Below are positions 55,188 to 64,000 of a stretch of 64,000 nt of DNA, piece after piece. The notes under the pieces were generated by a model. The model searched no databases. It was not told where the DNA came from and saw nothing but the letters and a program-made list of their open reading frames with translations. A program made the position numbers and the translations under genes. Position 1 is the stretch's first letter, and each line of letters begins with the position of its first letter. This DNA is from Candidatus Moraniibacteriota bacterium (lineage in GTDB: Bacteria > Patescibacteriota > Minisyncoccia > Moranbacterales > UBA1568). Where the stretch lies: the NCBI GenBank assembly GCA_052034935.1, contig JBPOIB010000001.1:172173-236172 (forward strand), written 5' to 3'.

Positions 55188-55736
55188 TCAGACGAGATGC
55201 AATGTCTCGCGGAGCGTCATGACACTTGGGCTTACCGTCCGCAAGTCCATCCGAAAGAGGGTCGTGATTGATCCGTCAGGGTGCTGGATACCGGTCGCAT
55301 ACGGCAGGTAACCAGCAGCGGTCAGCAGGCGATGCTGTACGGGGAGAGCTGCGGGCACGGTGATGCATCCGAGCTCGAGGTGATAGCCGATGGCGGCAAT
55401 CGTTTCGAACATGAACGGCAGACAGCCGGTTCTCTCGCCTCCGATCACTTCGACCACGTGCCCTGACCGCCAGAGCGCCTTGTGCGGGTCGCGCGCTCTC
55501 GCGAAGGGATCGTAGTAAAGCGAGAGCGTGAACATCGCTTCGATCACCCCTCTTTCGAGAAAGAAGATGCGGTAGCAGAGCATGCCGCGCTCATGGATAT
55601 GGAGACGCTGGTCGGCATCGGGAAACGAGTGTTTCTCGAGCCATTCACTGAGCTGCGTCAGTAGTCTGTCGTCGTAGGTACCGGGCCTGTTGAGCCCAGG
55701 GACGACGACGGTCGGATTGAAAAGTGCGATTTCCAT
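55188..55736 (-). CDS. Hypothetical protein, possibly degenerate GNAT fold
   Basis: GGAG SD; ERTGCLPFMF and HRLLTAAGY in motif A/B positions; hairpin at 55148-55176. Confidence 0.5.
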   Translation of the reverse strand: MEIALFNPTVVVPGLNRPGTYDDRLLTQLSEWLEKHSFPDADQRLHIHERGMLCYRIFFLERGVIEAMFTLSLYYDPFARARDPHKALWRSGHVVEVIGGERTGCLPFMFETIAAIGYHLELGCITVPAALPVQHRLLTAAGYLPYATGIQHPDGSITTLFRMDLRTVSPSVMTLRETLHLV

Positions 55737-55767
55737 GTGGTCACTCCGAAAAAGCGAACGGGGGCGG

Positions 55768-56139
55768 CTAGGCCGCGTCTTGTTCTTGCGCCAAAAGGAT
55801 GGCGAGATTCTCCGGCGTGTAGGGCTGGCCAGGATACATGGGCTGATAGGAGCTGCCCTGCATCAGCTTGAGAAGCGCGTTCATCGCAACCTTGAAAACG
55901 AGCACGTCTTCCGTCGCATTCAAAAGTCCGATGAGCTCGTTGGCGGCCACAGCTCGCACCTCATCGCCCCGGTCCGGTGTGACAAGGGGAAACGGAGTGG
56001 CGAGCCGCTGTCTCTCAAGCGCCGACCAAGGAATATCCCTCCGCTCGAGCATGGTCGATCCGGCGCGATGTCGCGCGAGCGAAATCTCTGCGTAGAAAAC
56101 CTCGATGGGGTTTCCGTACATTCTGAGTTCGGTTGTCAT
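55768..56139 (-). CDS. Hypothetical protein
   Basis: GGAG SD, ATG 56139; promoter TTGACA-17-TAAATT. Confidence 0.55.
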   Translation of the reverse strand: MTTELRMYGNPIEVFYAEISLARHRAGSTMLERRDIPWSALERQRLATPFPLVTPDRGDEVRAVAANELIGLLNATEDVLVFKVAMNALLKLMQGSSYQPMYPGQPYTPENLAILLAQEQDAA

Positions 56140-56235
56140 GGTGAAGCTCCGGCTGATGTTGTTAAAGAGAGTGACAGAAATTGTCTTGACCAATTTACTA
56201 TAATATGTCATATTTGTCAATTAGAAACACCTCCT

Positions 56236-57003
56236 ATGGTCATTGCTCTCCGCGTCGGACTTATCGTTATCGCCCTCGTCACCGTCGTTGTCACCAACGC
56301 GGAGTATTTCGTTCCGAAAAGCGTCGATTGTCGCAAGCCAGTTTCCTGGGAAGAGACGGCACCGCATGGCGCGATTTGGAAGGCAGAGACAATCCATTGG
56401 CAGTCGGTTCCCGAGAATTACTCGGCCCTCGTCGGATGGATCAATGCGGCGACAGCTGTTCCATGTGCTGATTCAGAAACTCCACGGCCATCAATTGAGA
56501 TTCGAAAACTTTCAATCATCGCGATTGCTCCTGACGGCACAGAAACCGTGATCGAAACCGTTGACCCCCGCGACCAGGGACGCTTTATCGGTCGGCTTTT
56601 CCCGCGAGTTCCGCGTTGGTTCGGCGAAACCGAGGGCCGGAATGAACTGGAGATCACGAGCGGTAATGAGGATGGTCTACTGATCGGGCTCGAAGCGGTG
56701 CCGCTCCGGGTGTATCATGCCTGGACGGAGCCACGCATCAGGATTGACCCAGCAAATCGGTACGCTCTGGAAGTTGAAGCGCGCATTTCAGAAACCGCCC
56801 GATTCCAATTCGGAATCGACTACTGGCGTGATATGGCCGCCGATTATGCTGGTTGGGATCCGGAGTGTACGAGATCTAATAATTGCGAGGGATTGGTGAG
56901 CAATTGGCAGGGTGGTACGAACGGAGAATTCCAGACATTTCGTGCCCCAGAGCGCCCTTTTTCTCACCCAAAAGAAACCCTATCAGAGGCGGTGTCTGAA
57001 TAG
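56236..57003 (+). CDS. Exported hypothetical protein
   Basis: N-terminal signal/TM MVIALRVGLIVIALVTVVV; Trp/Cys-containing beta-rich domain. Confidence 0.65.
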   Translation: MVIALRVGLIVIALVTVVVTNAEYFVPKSVDCRKPVSWEETAPHGAIWKAETIHWQSVPENYSALVGWINAATAVPCADSETPRPSIEIRKLSIIAIAPDGTETVIETVDPRDQGRFIGRLFPRVPRWFGETEGRNELEITSGNEDGLLIGLEAVPLRVYHAWTEPRIRIDPANRYALEVEARISETARFQFGIDYWRDMAADYAGWDPECTRSNNCEGLVSNWQGGTNGEFQTFRAPERPFSHPKETLSEAVSE

Positions 57004-57042
57004 CTTGTCAGCGGGGCACGAGACGTGCTAACCTTGGTCCTT

Positions 57043-57504
57043 ATGGAAAATGAACTCAAACAGCAGCTTACCCGCATCCGCCTGGCGACTATCGCCCTCC
57101 GGCATAACGTTCGCCATGCCTTCGATGAATTCCGAGAGCGTTTCGCCTCTTGGCGACCGACAGAGACTACACTGCCTCCTCTCTCTTCTTTAGAGCCGGA
57201 AGCCAAAAAGTTACTCCTGCCGATTCTTTCCTTCGACCGCCGCTTGGTTTTGCGCTGGGCTTTTACGACCCTCTTTTTCGGTCTGAGTGTCATTCTTGGT
57301 GTCATGCTCAAATCTTCGGCCGACGAGCGTTTCACGATTGGTCATGAGGACTACCGACTTACTCCGGCTGAACAGCTCTACGACTTGAACGAGCTCCGTG
57401 AGAGAGCTTTGGCCAATGGTGCGCCACTCACGATGGACCCGAAACCGACCTATCCGGTCTGTACTGATGATATTGATGTTTCCGTGGACGAAGCCGCTCT
57501 CTAA
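57043..57504 (+). CDS. Single-TM hypothetical protein
   Basis: TM followed by RFTIGHEDYRL...YDLN; upstream of DsbA-like gene. Confidence 0.65.
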   Translation: MENELKQQLTRIRLATIALRHNVRHAFDEFRERFASWRPTETTLPPLSSLEPEAKKLLLPILSFDRRLVLRWAFTTLFFGLSVILGVMLKSSADERFTIGHEDYRLTPAEQLYDLNELRERALANGAPLTMDPKPTYPVCTDDIDVSVDEAAL

Positions 57505-57523
57505 ATTGATGATACGAAGCCTT

Positions 57524-58564
57524 ATGGATTGGAAAACCCTGTTCGCGAATCTTCAGAAAGACACTCAGACCCTCTGGTCGGTGGTGATTATCCTCTGCGG
57601 TCTTTTCATCGGCAGCCTCTTTGTCGATCTCGGCCAGCTCATAACGGGCAGTGGTTTTTCGGGCCAGGCGATCAAATCGCATGATGTGCTCGTGACCGGC
57701 GGCAAGACATGGGTCGCCTATACCGAGCCAAAGGTGGCTTTGCAGATTGTTTCTGATGAACAATGCATTGAATGCGATCCGAGCGATGCGCTGCTTTGGT
57801 TGCGTCGCATTGTTCCGACCCTGGAGGCGGAGCGGATTGATATCGCGAGCGAAAAAGGGAAATCACTCGCTGAAGCTTTCGATCTCGTCACATTGCCGGC
57901 GTTCATCTTCGATCAGTCGGTCAAGGAGACCGAGTTCTATGTCCAGGCTGAGCCGCTCTTCCGGACGGATGAGGCGACCGGACGGTCCATTTTTGACATG
58001 AACAAGATCGGCCTCCCGGTCGGTCGCTATCTGGCCGCGCCGGAAACGGGTGATGCCGATATTGTCCTCGGCTCGAAGGATGCGGCCGTTACCCTCGTTG
58101 TCTTTTCTGATTTCCAGTGCGAATATTGTCGCGACTACCATGCAGCCTACAAGCAGGTTCTCGCTGAGTATCCGGACCGAGTTCGTCTCGTCTGGAAGCA
58201 TCTCCCGCTCTCAATCCATCCGGAGGCACCGCTCGCAGCGGAAGCCGCCCAGTGCGCTGCTGACCAAGGACAATTTCTTCCGTATGCGGATTTGCTCTTC
58301 AGCCGCCAGGCAGAGTGGGGGAAAGCCGGTGGCGAACGACGGCTGAAGGAATACGCCTGGCGAGTGAAGGGCCTGGATGCGCGTGTCTTTGCTGATTGCT
58401 TTGATGGACACAGACACGCAGAGAAGGTAGTTGCTGATACCGACCTCGCTGCCCGCTTCAACCTCGAATCGGCTCCGGCGACTTTCATCAACCGTGAATT
58501 CGTTTCTGGCGCTTTGCCGTACGCTGATTTGAAGACGCTCATTGAGGCGGCATTGGCCGAGTGA
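57524..58564 (+). CDS. DsbA/thioredoxin_4 family oxidoreductase
   Basis: FSDFQCEYC, WKHLPL, AAEAAQCA, APATFIN; extra N-terminal CIEC. Confidence 0.9.
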   Translation: MDWKTLFANLQKDTQTLWSVVIILCGLFIGSLFVDLGQLITGSGFSGQAIKSHDVLVTGGKTWVAYTEPKVALQIVSDEQCIECDPSDALLWLRRIVPTLEAERIDIASEKGKSLAEAFDLVTLPAFIFDQSVKETEFYVQAEPLFRTDEATGRSIFDMNKIGLPVGRYLAAPETGDADIVLGSKDAAVTLVVFSDFQCEYCRDYHAAYKQVLAEYPDRVRLVWKHLPLSIHPEAPLAAEAAQCAADQGQFLPYADLLFSRQAEWGKAGGERRLKEYAWRVKGLDARVFADCFDGHRHAEKVVADTDLAARFNLESAPATFINREFVSGALPYADLKTLIEAALAE

Positions 58565-58638
58565 CTGAACAGCGTTGAGACAGAGAAAAAGAGGCCCTGA
58601 AGAGCCTCTTTCTCATTTTTCCACGTGATACCTCTATG

Positions 58639-58711
58639 AGCCGATGACCAGGATTGAACTGGTGACCTACGCGTTACGAGTGCGTCGCTCTACCAACTGA
58701 GCTACATCGGC
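58639..58711 (-). tRNA. tRNA-Thr(CGT)
   Basis: GCCGATGTAGCTCAGTTGGTAGAGCGACGCACTCGTAACGCGTAGGTCACCAGTTCAATCCTGGTCATCGGCT. Confidence 0.93.
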
Positions 58712-58809
58712 TTTTCTCCCCGAAGGATAACGCCCTCTATCCTAGCAAATCTAAAGGAAGAATCAAGGGGAGTGATGTGTTAGGATAGGGGAATAAGTAA
58801 AAACTTCCT

Positions 58810-59911
58810 ATGGAAGAGCTGAAACGTCGTCTGAATCAGATCGAAACCGCGTACGCCCGCTTGCGGGACTATCTTTGACTGGGAAGGAAAGCGACGAGAC
58901 ATCGCCCGCCTGACAGGAGAGAGCGAAAGACCTGGCTTTTGGGACGCTCCGGAAACGGCGGCAGTCGCGATGCAAGCGCTCGATAGCTTGAAAAAAGAGA
59001 TTGCCGATTTTGAGGCGCTTGAACGTTCAATCATCGATTCGAAAGAACTCGTCCTTCTGGCAGATCTCGATGCGACAGACATCGCCTCTCTCGACCGTGA
59101 ACTTGCTGCAATCGAAAGTGCGATCCATGGCTGGGAATTCCAGCTTCTCCTCGGGGGCGAGTACGATAGTGCTGACGCTATTTTAACGCTGCGGAGCGGG
59201 GCGGGCGGCACAGAGGCTCAAGACTGGACCGAGATGCTTCTCCGAATGTATCTGCGCTATGCCGAACGACACAGTTATCAAACAACAGTACTCGACGAAA
59301 CACGCGGTAATGAGGCTGGACTGAAGAGTGTGACCATCGAGGTGAAGGGTCGCTACGCTTATGGGTATCTCCGGGGCGAAATGGGGGTGCATCGATTAGT
59401 CCGGCTCTCACCCTTCAATGCGAACAATCTGCGCCAGACATCTTTCGCTTCGGCTGAAGCGATGCCGGTGTTGCCGGATACGGATCGGTCGATTGAGGTT
59501 AAGACGGAAGACCTCCGGGTCGATACGCTCCGTGCTTCCGGTGCCGGTGGCCAGCACGTGAACAAGACGGAATCAGCGGTCCGACTGACCCATCTGCCGA
59601 CTGGTATCGTTGTCGCTTGTCAGAGCGAGCGGTCGCAGCTCCAAAACCGCGAACAAGCGATGAAGCTGCTGAAGTCGAAGCTTCTCCAGCGTCGACTCCT
59701 CGAAGAAGAGGAGAAAAAGGCAGCAATCCGAGGAGAATTCAAATCTGCCGGATTCGGCAATCAGATCCGCTCTTACGTGCTCCATCCGTACAATCTCGTG
59801 AAAGATCATCGGACCGAAACCGAGACGAGCGATACGCAGGGAGTACTCGACGGCGACTTGGACAGGTTCATCGAAAGTGAGCTACAATATGAGCAAAGAC
59901 AGAAAAAATAA
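58810..59911 (+). CDS. prfB: Peptide chain release factor 2, +1 programmed frameshift
   Basis: ATG 58810 in frame with CTT TGA C at 58873-58879; +1 frame carries SPF and GGQ motifs. Confidence 0.96.
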
Positions 59912-59916
59912 CCCTC

Positions 59917-60627
59917 ATGACGGAAGCGAAACCACAGCCGATTGTCGTGTTTGATAATGTAACCAAGGAGTATCCAGGCGGCGCGAACGCGCTGTATGAT
60001 GTTTCCTTTTCCGTTTTTCCGGGCGAGTTCATCTCGCTCGTTGGAGCCAGCGGTGCGGGCAAATCGACGCTGCTGAAGCTTATCTATGCCGAAGAGATTC
60101 CGACGGAGGGTATTGTGTACTTCCGAGGGCGGCCTATCCGCGATATCAAGCGGAAAGTTCTTCCATTCTATCGGCGCGCCATCGGCACCGTTTTCCAGGA
60201 CTACAAGCTTTTGCCGCAGAAAACGGCTTTTGAAAACATCGCCTATGCCCTCGAAGTCGACGGTCGTCCCGCGAAAGAGATTCGCGAAGAAGTGACCGAG
60301 CTCCTCGATATCGTCGGACTCGGAAAAAAGGGCCACAAGTTTCCCCGAGAGCTTTCCGGCGGTGAGCAGCAGCGTGTCGCAATCGCCCGCGCTCTCATCC
60401 ATCATCCACAAATCATCTGTGCCGACGAACCGACCGGCAATCTCGACCCGGTGTCAACGAAAGAAATCACTGACCTCCTTCTAGAGATCAATTCGTATGG
60501 GACAACAGTAATCGTCGCGACGCATAAGAACGAAGTGGTAGACCAGTTGAACAAGCGCGTCATCACGCTCGTCGACGGCCGGCTCGCTCATGATGAGGCG
60601 CGGGGTAAATACATCATCAAATCCTAA
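59917..60627 (+). CDS. ftsE: Cell division ATP-binding protein FtsE
   Basis: GASGAGKST, VFQDYKLL, LSGGEQQR, ADEPTGNLD. Confidence 0.93.
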   Translation: MTEAKPQPIVVFDNVTKEYPGGANALYDVSFSVFPGEFISLVGASGAGKSTLLKLIYAEEIPTEGIVYFRGRPIRDIKRKVLPFYRRAIGTVFQDYKLLPQKTAFENIAYALEVDGRPAKEIREEVTELLDIVGLGKKGHKFPRELSGGEQQRVAIARALIHHPQIICADEPTGNLDPVSTKEITDLLLEINSYGTTVIVATHKNEVVDQLNKRVITLVDGRLAHDEARGKYIIKS

Positions 60628-60631
60628 CGCT

Positions 60632-61546
60632 ATGCAACGGACGCTCAAACTCTGGCGCACCTTCCGGGAAGGGATGGTCAACTTCCGGCGTAACGGTTGG
60701 CTCTCCTTCGCGACGATCACCATCCTCTCACTCTCGCTTTTCATTATTAGCTTCGCTGGCCTTATTACGATCGGGACACGGCTCATCGTGAGCAATCTCG
60801 AGGATCGGATTAGCGTCACTATTTCTTTCAATCCAGATATCGATGAGAACCGTATTCTTGTGATGAAGGAAGATCTCAAGCGTTTCCGCGAGATCGAATC
60901 AGTTGAGTACGTATCACGCGAGCAGGCACTCGACGATTTCCTCAAGAGTAACGGAGATGACCCGATTATCCGCCAGGCCATCGACGAGATTGGAGAGAAT
61001 CCGCTCCTTGCTTCCCTCGTGATCCGTGCAAAAAAACAGTCCGATTATGAGAAGATCGCGACCGTCCTCAAAGCCTCAGAGTATCAGACCTATATTAGTC
61101 GGATTAACTTCGAGAAGAACCGAAAGATTTTCGAACGACTCAACTCGATCAGTGAGGCAGCGCGGAAATTCGGCCTTTTCCTCGGCGCAGCTTTCGGTTT
61201 AATCGCCATTCTGATTACCTTCAATACGATCCGCATCACTATCTACTCGCATCGCCAGGAGTTCGAGATCATGCGTCTCGTGGGTGCTTCGAACCTCTAT
61301 GTCCGGATGCCGTACATCTTCGAAGGGATTCTCTATGGACTCTTTGCCGGAGTGACTGCGATCGCGCTGGTAGCACTTGGCTCATATGGCCTTTCAGGTT
61401 TCACTGAAGGTGCTTTTCCACAAGGGAATCTCTTTCGAGTTTTCATGGATTATCTTCCGATGATCTCCGTCCTGACCATCCTGCTCGGCATCTTGCTTGG
61501 GGTCATATCGAGCTTCATTGCTATCCATCGCTACCTCAAGGCTTAG
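60632..61546 (+). CDS. ftsX: Cell division permease FtsX
   Basis: FRRNGWLS, NTIRITIYSHRQEFEIMRLVGAS. Confidence 0.93.
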   Translation: MQRTLKLWRTFREGMVNFRRNGWLSFATITILSLSLFIISFAGLITIGTRLIVSNLEDRISVTISFNPDIDENRILVMKEDLKRFREIESVEYVSREQALDDFLKSNGDDPIIRQAIDEIGENPLLASLVIRAKKQSDYEKIATVLKASEYQTYISRINFEKNRKIFERLNSISEAARKFGLFLGAAFGLIAILITFNTIRITIYSHRQEFEIMRLVGASNLYVRMPYIFEGILYGLFAGVTAIALVALGSYGLSGFTEGAFPQGNLFRVFMDYLPMISVLTILLGILLGVISSFIAIHRYLKA

Positions 61547-61655
61547 AGAAGACGTATATTCCGCCGGACGATTTATCGGCGGTTCTTGGATGCGGTGGCG
61601 AGTCTCCAAGACTTGATTCGGAAGCATTTTTCAGCTAGGATAGGGGAGTATTTTT

Positions 61656-61727
61656 TGGGGAGTAGCCAAGCGGTAAGGCAGTGGGTTCTGGTCCCACCAT
61701 GCGAAGGTTCGATCCCTTCCTCCCCAG
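61656..61727 (+). tRNA. tRNA-Gln(CTG)
   Basis: TGGGGAG/CTCCCCA acceptor, GTGGG-TTCTGGT-CCCAC anticodon arm. Confidence 0.93.
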
Positions 61728-61778
61728 CAATGAAAAAGCGTCGCAGGTGCGTGCGACGCGGAAATGGGATGTTTCTCC

Positions 61779-62150
61779 CTAGAGATCCTCGGGTGAGGTA
61801 ATGATCACATGCATCATGCACGATCTGAGGAAGGTACTACCGTGATCCTTCGGCTTTCGCTTGATGGAAAAAACATCGGTGAGCGCCTGACGGAGGAACT
61901 GCGTCGCCCCCGGGCTTCGGACGAACCAACGTTTTTCCGGATCCATGCCCGAAAGAACCATGATATCTTCGTCGAACTGACCGACCAGCTTCTCTTTCGA
62001 ATAGCCGTTGTCCCTCGACATGGCAGCGTGCTCGATGAATTCGCTCGCCTCATGACATTCCTTCGCGGTAGGCAGGAAATTGCGCGCCGAAGCGGCGTAC
62101 GGGAGCCCGGCGCAGAGCGCCAGCAGTACGAATTTTTGCAGTCTCTGCAT
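61779..62150 (-). CDS. Secreted hypothetical protein
   Basis: Signal peptide, ECHEASEFIEHAAMSRDNG...RWF...FLRSC; AAGGAG SD; TTGACA promoter. Confidence 0.7.
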   Translation of the reverse strand: MQRLQKFVLLALCAGLPYAASARNFLPTAKECHEASEFIEHAAMSRDNGYSKEKLVGQFDEDIMVLSGMDPEKRWFVRSPGATQFLRQALTDVFSIKRKPKDHGSTFLRSCMMHVIITSPEDL

Positions 62151-62288
62151 GTCTGTCTCCTTGTCGTTGTGGACCGTACCAGTATTCTCTGCCGAGTCGC
62201 CCCGTCTGTCAAAATGACATGGTTGATGGTGATTTCGCTGCTTTGGACGGATAATAGGCGGTAGGGGGTGAGTTTGCTACTTCGAGTT

Positions 62289-62543
62289 ATGGACTTAGAT
62301 CCTCAAAAGCTTTATCTGCTGATACTGGGCGCGACATCACTGGTATGTTCAAAGTTGTTCTTTTTCTTGCTCGACGATCCGGAAGGCCCTAATCTACTCA
62401 TCATCACTTGGTTAGCGGTCATCCTATATCTTCCATCTCTGGCAGTGTATGCCGCCCTTGGTTTCGAAAATTCCAAAAAGCTTCTATCGGTAGTCCTTCT
62501 TCAGCTGACGGTGATCACTTGCCTCTACTTTGGCTTGAAATAG
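62289..62543 (+). CDS. Small membrane protein
   Basis: DDPEGPNLLI loop between TMs. Confidence 0.65.
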   Translation: MDLDPQKLYLLILGATSLVCSKLFFFLLDDPEGPNLLIITWLAVILYLPSLAVYAALGFENSKKLLSVVLLQLTVITCLYFGLK

Positions 62544-62630
62544 ACTGGCCATCGCTCATGGCAGAAAATGGTTTTTTCTGCCATTCTAGAATAGTAGCAG
62601 AAACCCAGATGACAGAATTCGGAATATTGT

Positions 62631-63251
62631 ATGAACAATACGTATAAAGCGATTGTGTTCGATTTTGGCGGGGTTATAGAAATCGCGCCTGATGGCAACC
62701 CGCTTCAAAAAGTAGCCGCTCTTGTCGGTTTATCGATTGACGACTTTCACCAGGAGTACTTCAAACATAATCATCTAAGCAATGTCGATGGTCTGCCTTG
62801 GGAGGAAACCGTGGTCGTAGTCGTGAGCCATCTTACGGATTCAGAGGACATAATTCAGCAATCACGGCAGATTATTCTTGACCATATAGCGAGTCGAAGG
62901 ATAAACAGGGAGCTTGTTGATTTTTTCTCGATTCTTCGTCAGCAGAATTACAAAGTCGCTATTTTCAGCAATAACACCGCCAGCTTGAGACAGCGGCTGA
63001 TTGATAAAAAAATCATTAATCTCGTTGATGAGGCCGTGATTTCCGGAGAAATTGGTTTTCAAAAGCCGAGCAAAGAAGCGTTTAATGTTCTCTTCCAAAA
63101 ACTTAGTCTTCGACCGGAGGAAATCATCTTTATCGATGATGCACCAAAAAGCCTAGAGAAGGCGGATGAAATCGGCTACACACCGGTGCTGTACCAGGGA
63201 AATGAAAAGTTGGTAGAAGATCTCAAGAACCTTGGAATAAATCTGAGCTAA
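62631..63251 (+). CDS. HAD family phosphatase
   Basis: FDFGGV, FSNN, KP, FIDD motifs. Confidence 0.9.
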   Translation: MNNTYKAIVFDFGGVIEIAPDGNPLQKVAALVGLSIDDFHQEYFKHNHLSNVDGLPWEETVVVVVSHLTDSEDIIQQSRQIILDHIASRRINRELVDFFSILRQQNYKVAIFSNNTASLRQRLIDKKIINLVDEAVISGEIGFQKPSKEAFNVLFQKLSLRPEEIIFIDDAPKSLEKADEIGYTPVLYQGNEKLVEDLKNLGINLS

Positions 63252-63277
63252 AAGTACCGGGCACGCTTTGTTATCTT

Positions 63278-64000
63278 ATGGACTACGGAAAGGAACTAGA
63301 AATTGCTAAAAGTATCGCGAGAGAAGCGGGTGAAATAATGCTCCGATATTTTGACGGCGACCAGGCAATCGAGATTAAGAGCGATGGTTCACAGGTCACT
63401 ATTGCTGATAAGCTCATCAACACACTCGTCATTGAGCGTTTAGCGAGCGCCTTTCCGGAAGATGGTGTCATCGGGGAAGAGGAGAGTACGAGTGAGTACG
63501 GATTCGGCCGGAAATGGTTCTGTGATCCGATCGATGGGACAGCTGCCTATGTCTGGGGTGTTCCGACAGCGATGTTCTCCCTGGCGCTCATTATCGATGG
63601 AAATCCAGTCATCGGTATTGCCTATGATCCATTCCTCGACAGGATGTACACGGGGTCGGTGGGTGAAAAAAGCACCTGCAATGGCAAACTGATAGTAGTG
63701 TCCCATCTTGATTTTAAATCGGGCATATTCGCTGCCTCGAGCAGTATAAAGTCCTTGCCAAAAACCAAGTACTTCCAAAGAATGGCTGCGGACGGGGTCC
63801 GGCTCGCTACTTTTAGCGGCGCCGTGTACAAATCGTGCCTAGTAGCCAGAGGTCGATTCATCGGGTATGCAGAGCACGGGGTGAATGCGCACGATATGGC
63901 CGCAGTACACGTAATCATCGAAGGTGCGGGCGGAAGGATAACCTCGCTCGAGGGGAAACGACTAGACTATTCTCGGCCTTTCAAAGGAGCAATCGTCTCG
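63278..64000 (+). CDS. Inositol monophosphatase family protein, 3'-truncated by window edge
   Basis: Translated by hand: MDYGKELEIAK...VTIAD...GEE...WFCDPIDGT...HDMAAVHVIIEGAGG. Confidence 0.9.
   Translation, partial: MDYGKELEIAKSIAREAGEIMLRYFDGDQAIEIKSDGSQVTIADKLINTLVIERLASAFPEDGVIGEEESTSEYGFGRKWFCDPIDGTAAYVWGVPTAMFSLALIIDGNPVIGIAYDPFLDRMYTGSVGEKSTCNGKLIVVSHLDFKSGIFAASSSIKSLPKTKYFQRMAADGVRLATFSGAVYKSCLVARGRFIGYAEHGVNAHDMAAVHVIIEGAGGRITSLEGKRLDYSRPFKGAIVS

Noticed and set aside
55690-56235. N-terminal half of the 437-aa ORF
   Set aside because: Antisense to SD-led - strand genes; the signal peptide begins at 56236
58876-58878. In-frame TGA as a pseudogene or recoded stop (code 25)
   Set aside because: Canonical RF2 autoregulatory +1 frameshift; TGA terminates many genes here

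Overview
Standard-code bacterial genome segment with a Patescibacteria/CPR (Parcubacteria-like) signature, which is an inference from gene content: C-terminally short AlaRS, short Pgk, FtsA-like gene paired with a baseplate-J-like gene, and tRNAs without encoded CCA. The housekeeping backbone comprises queA, rplI, pyrG, rpmA, scpAB, a D,D-carboxypeptidase, mraY, pgk, eno, alaS, rplU, recR, dnaB, cysS, corA, yidD, CIRCE-hrcA-(Nudix-grpE)-hsp20-dnaK, engB, a DsbA-like gene, prfB (+1 frameshift), ftsEX and 3 tRNAs. Interleaved with it are many self-contained accessory units (sigma70 promoter + Shine-Dalgarno + ORF + bulged terminator hairpin), densest at 41.7-56.2 kb. The most striking element is a stand-alone, effector-less retron-like unit at 48.09-49.65 kb: promoter, a ~310-nt ncRNA closed by a long inverted repeat with a bulged AGC, an RT carrying a DGR-like Ile in place of the PQG Gln, and a terminator. 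It lies beside an array of small genes that share one conserved 3' hairpin repeat. Other notable items: a cluster of WhiB-like 4-Cys mini-proteins, a leader-peptide attenuator on an MFS pump, a Nudix-GrpE fusion, and several degenerate (pseudo-enzyme-like) folds. All calls were made by eye without database searches.
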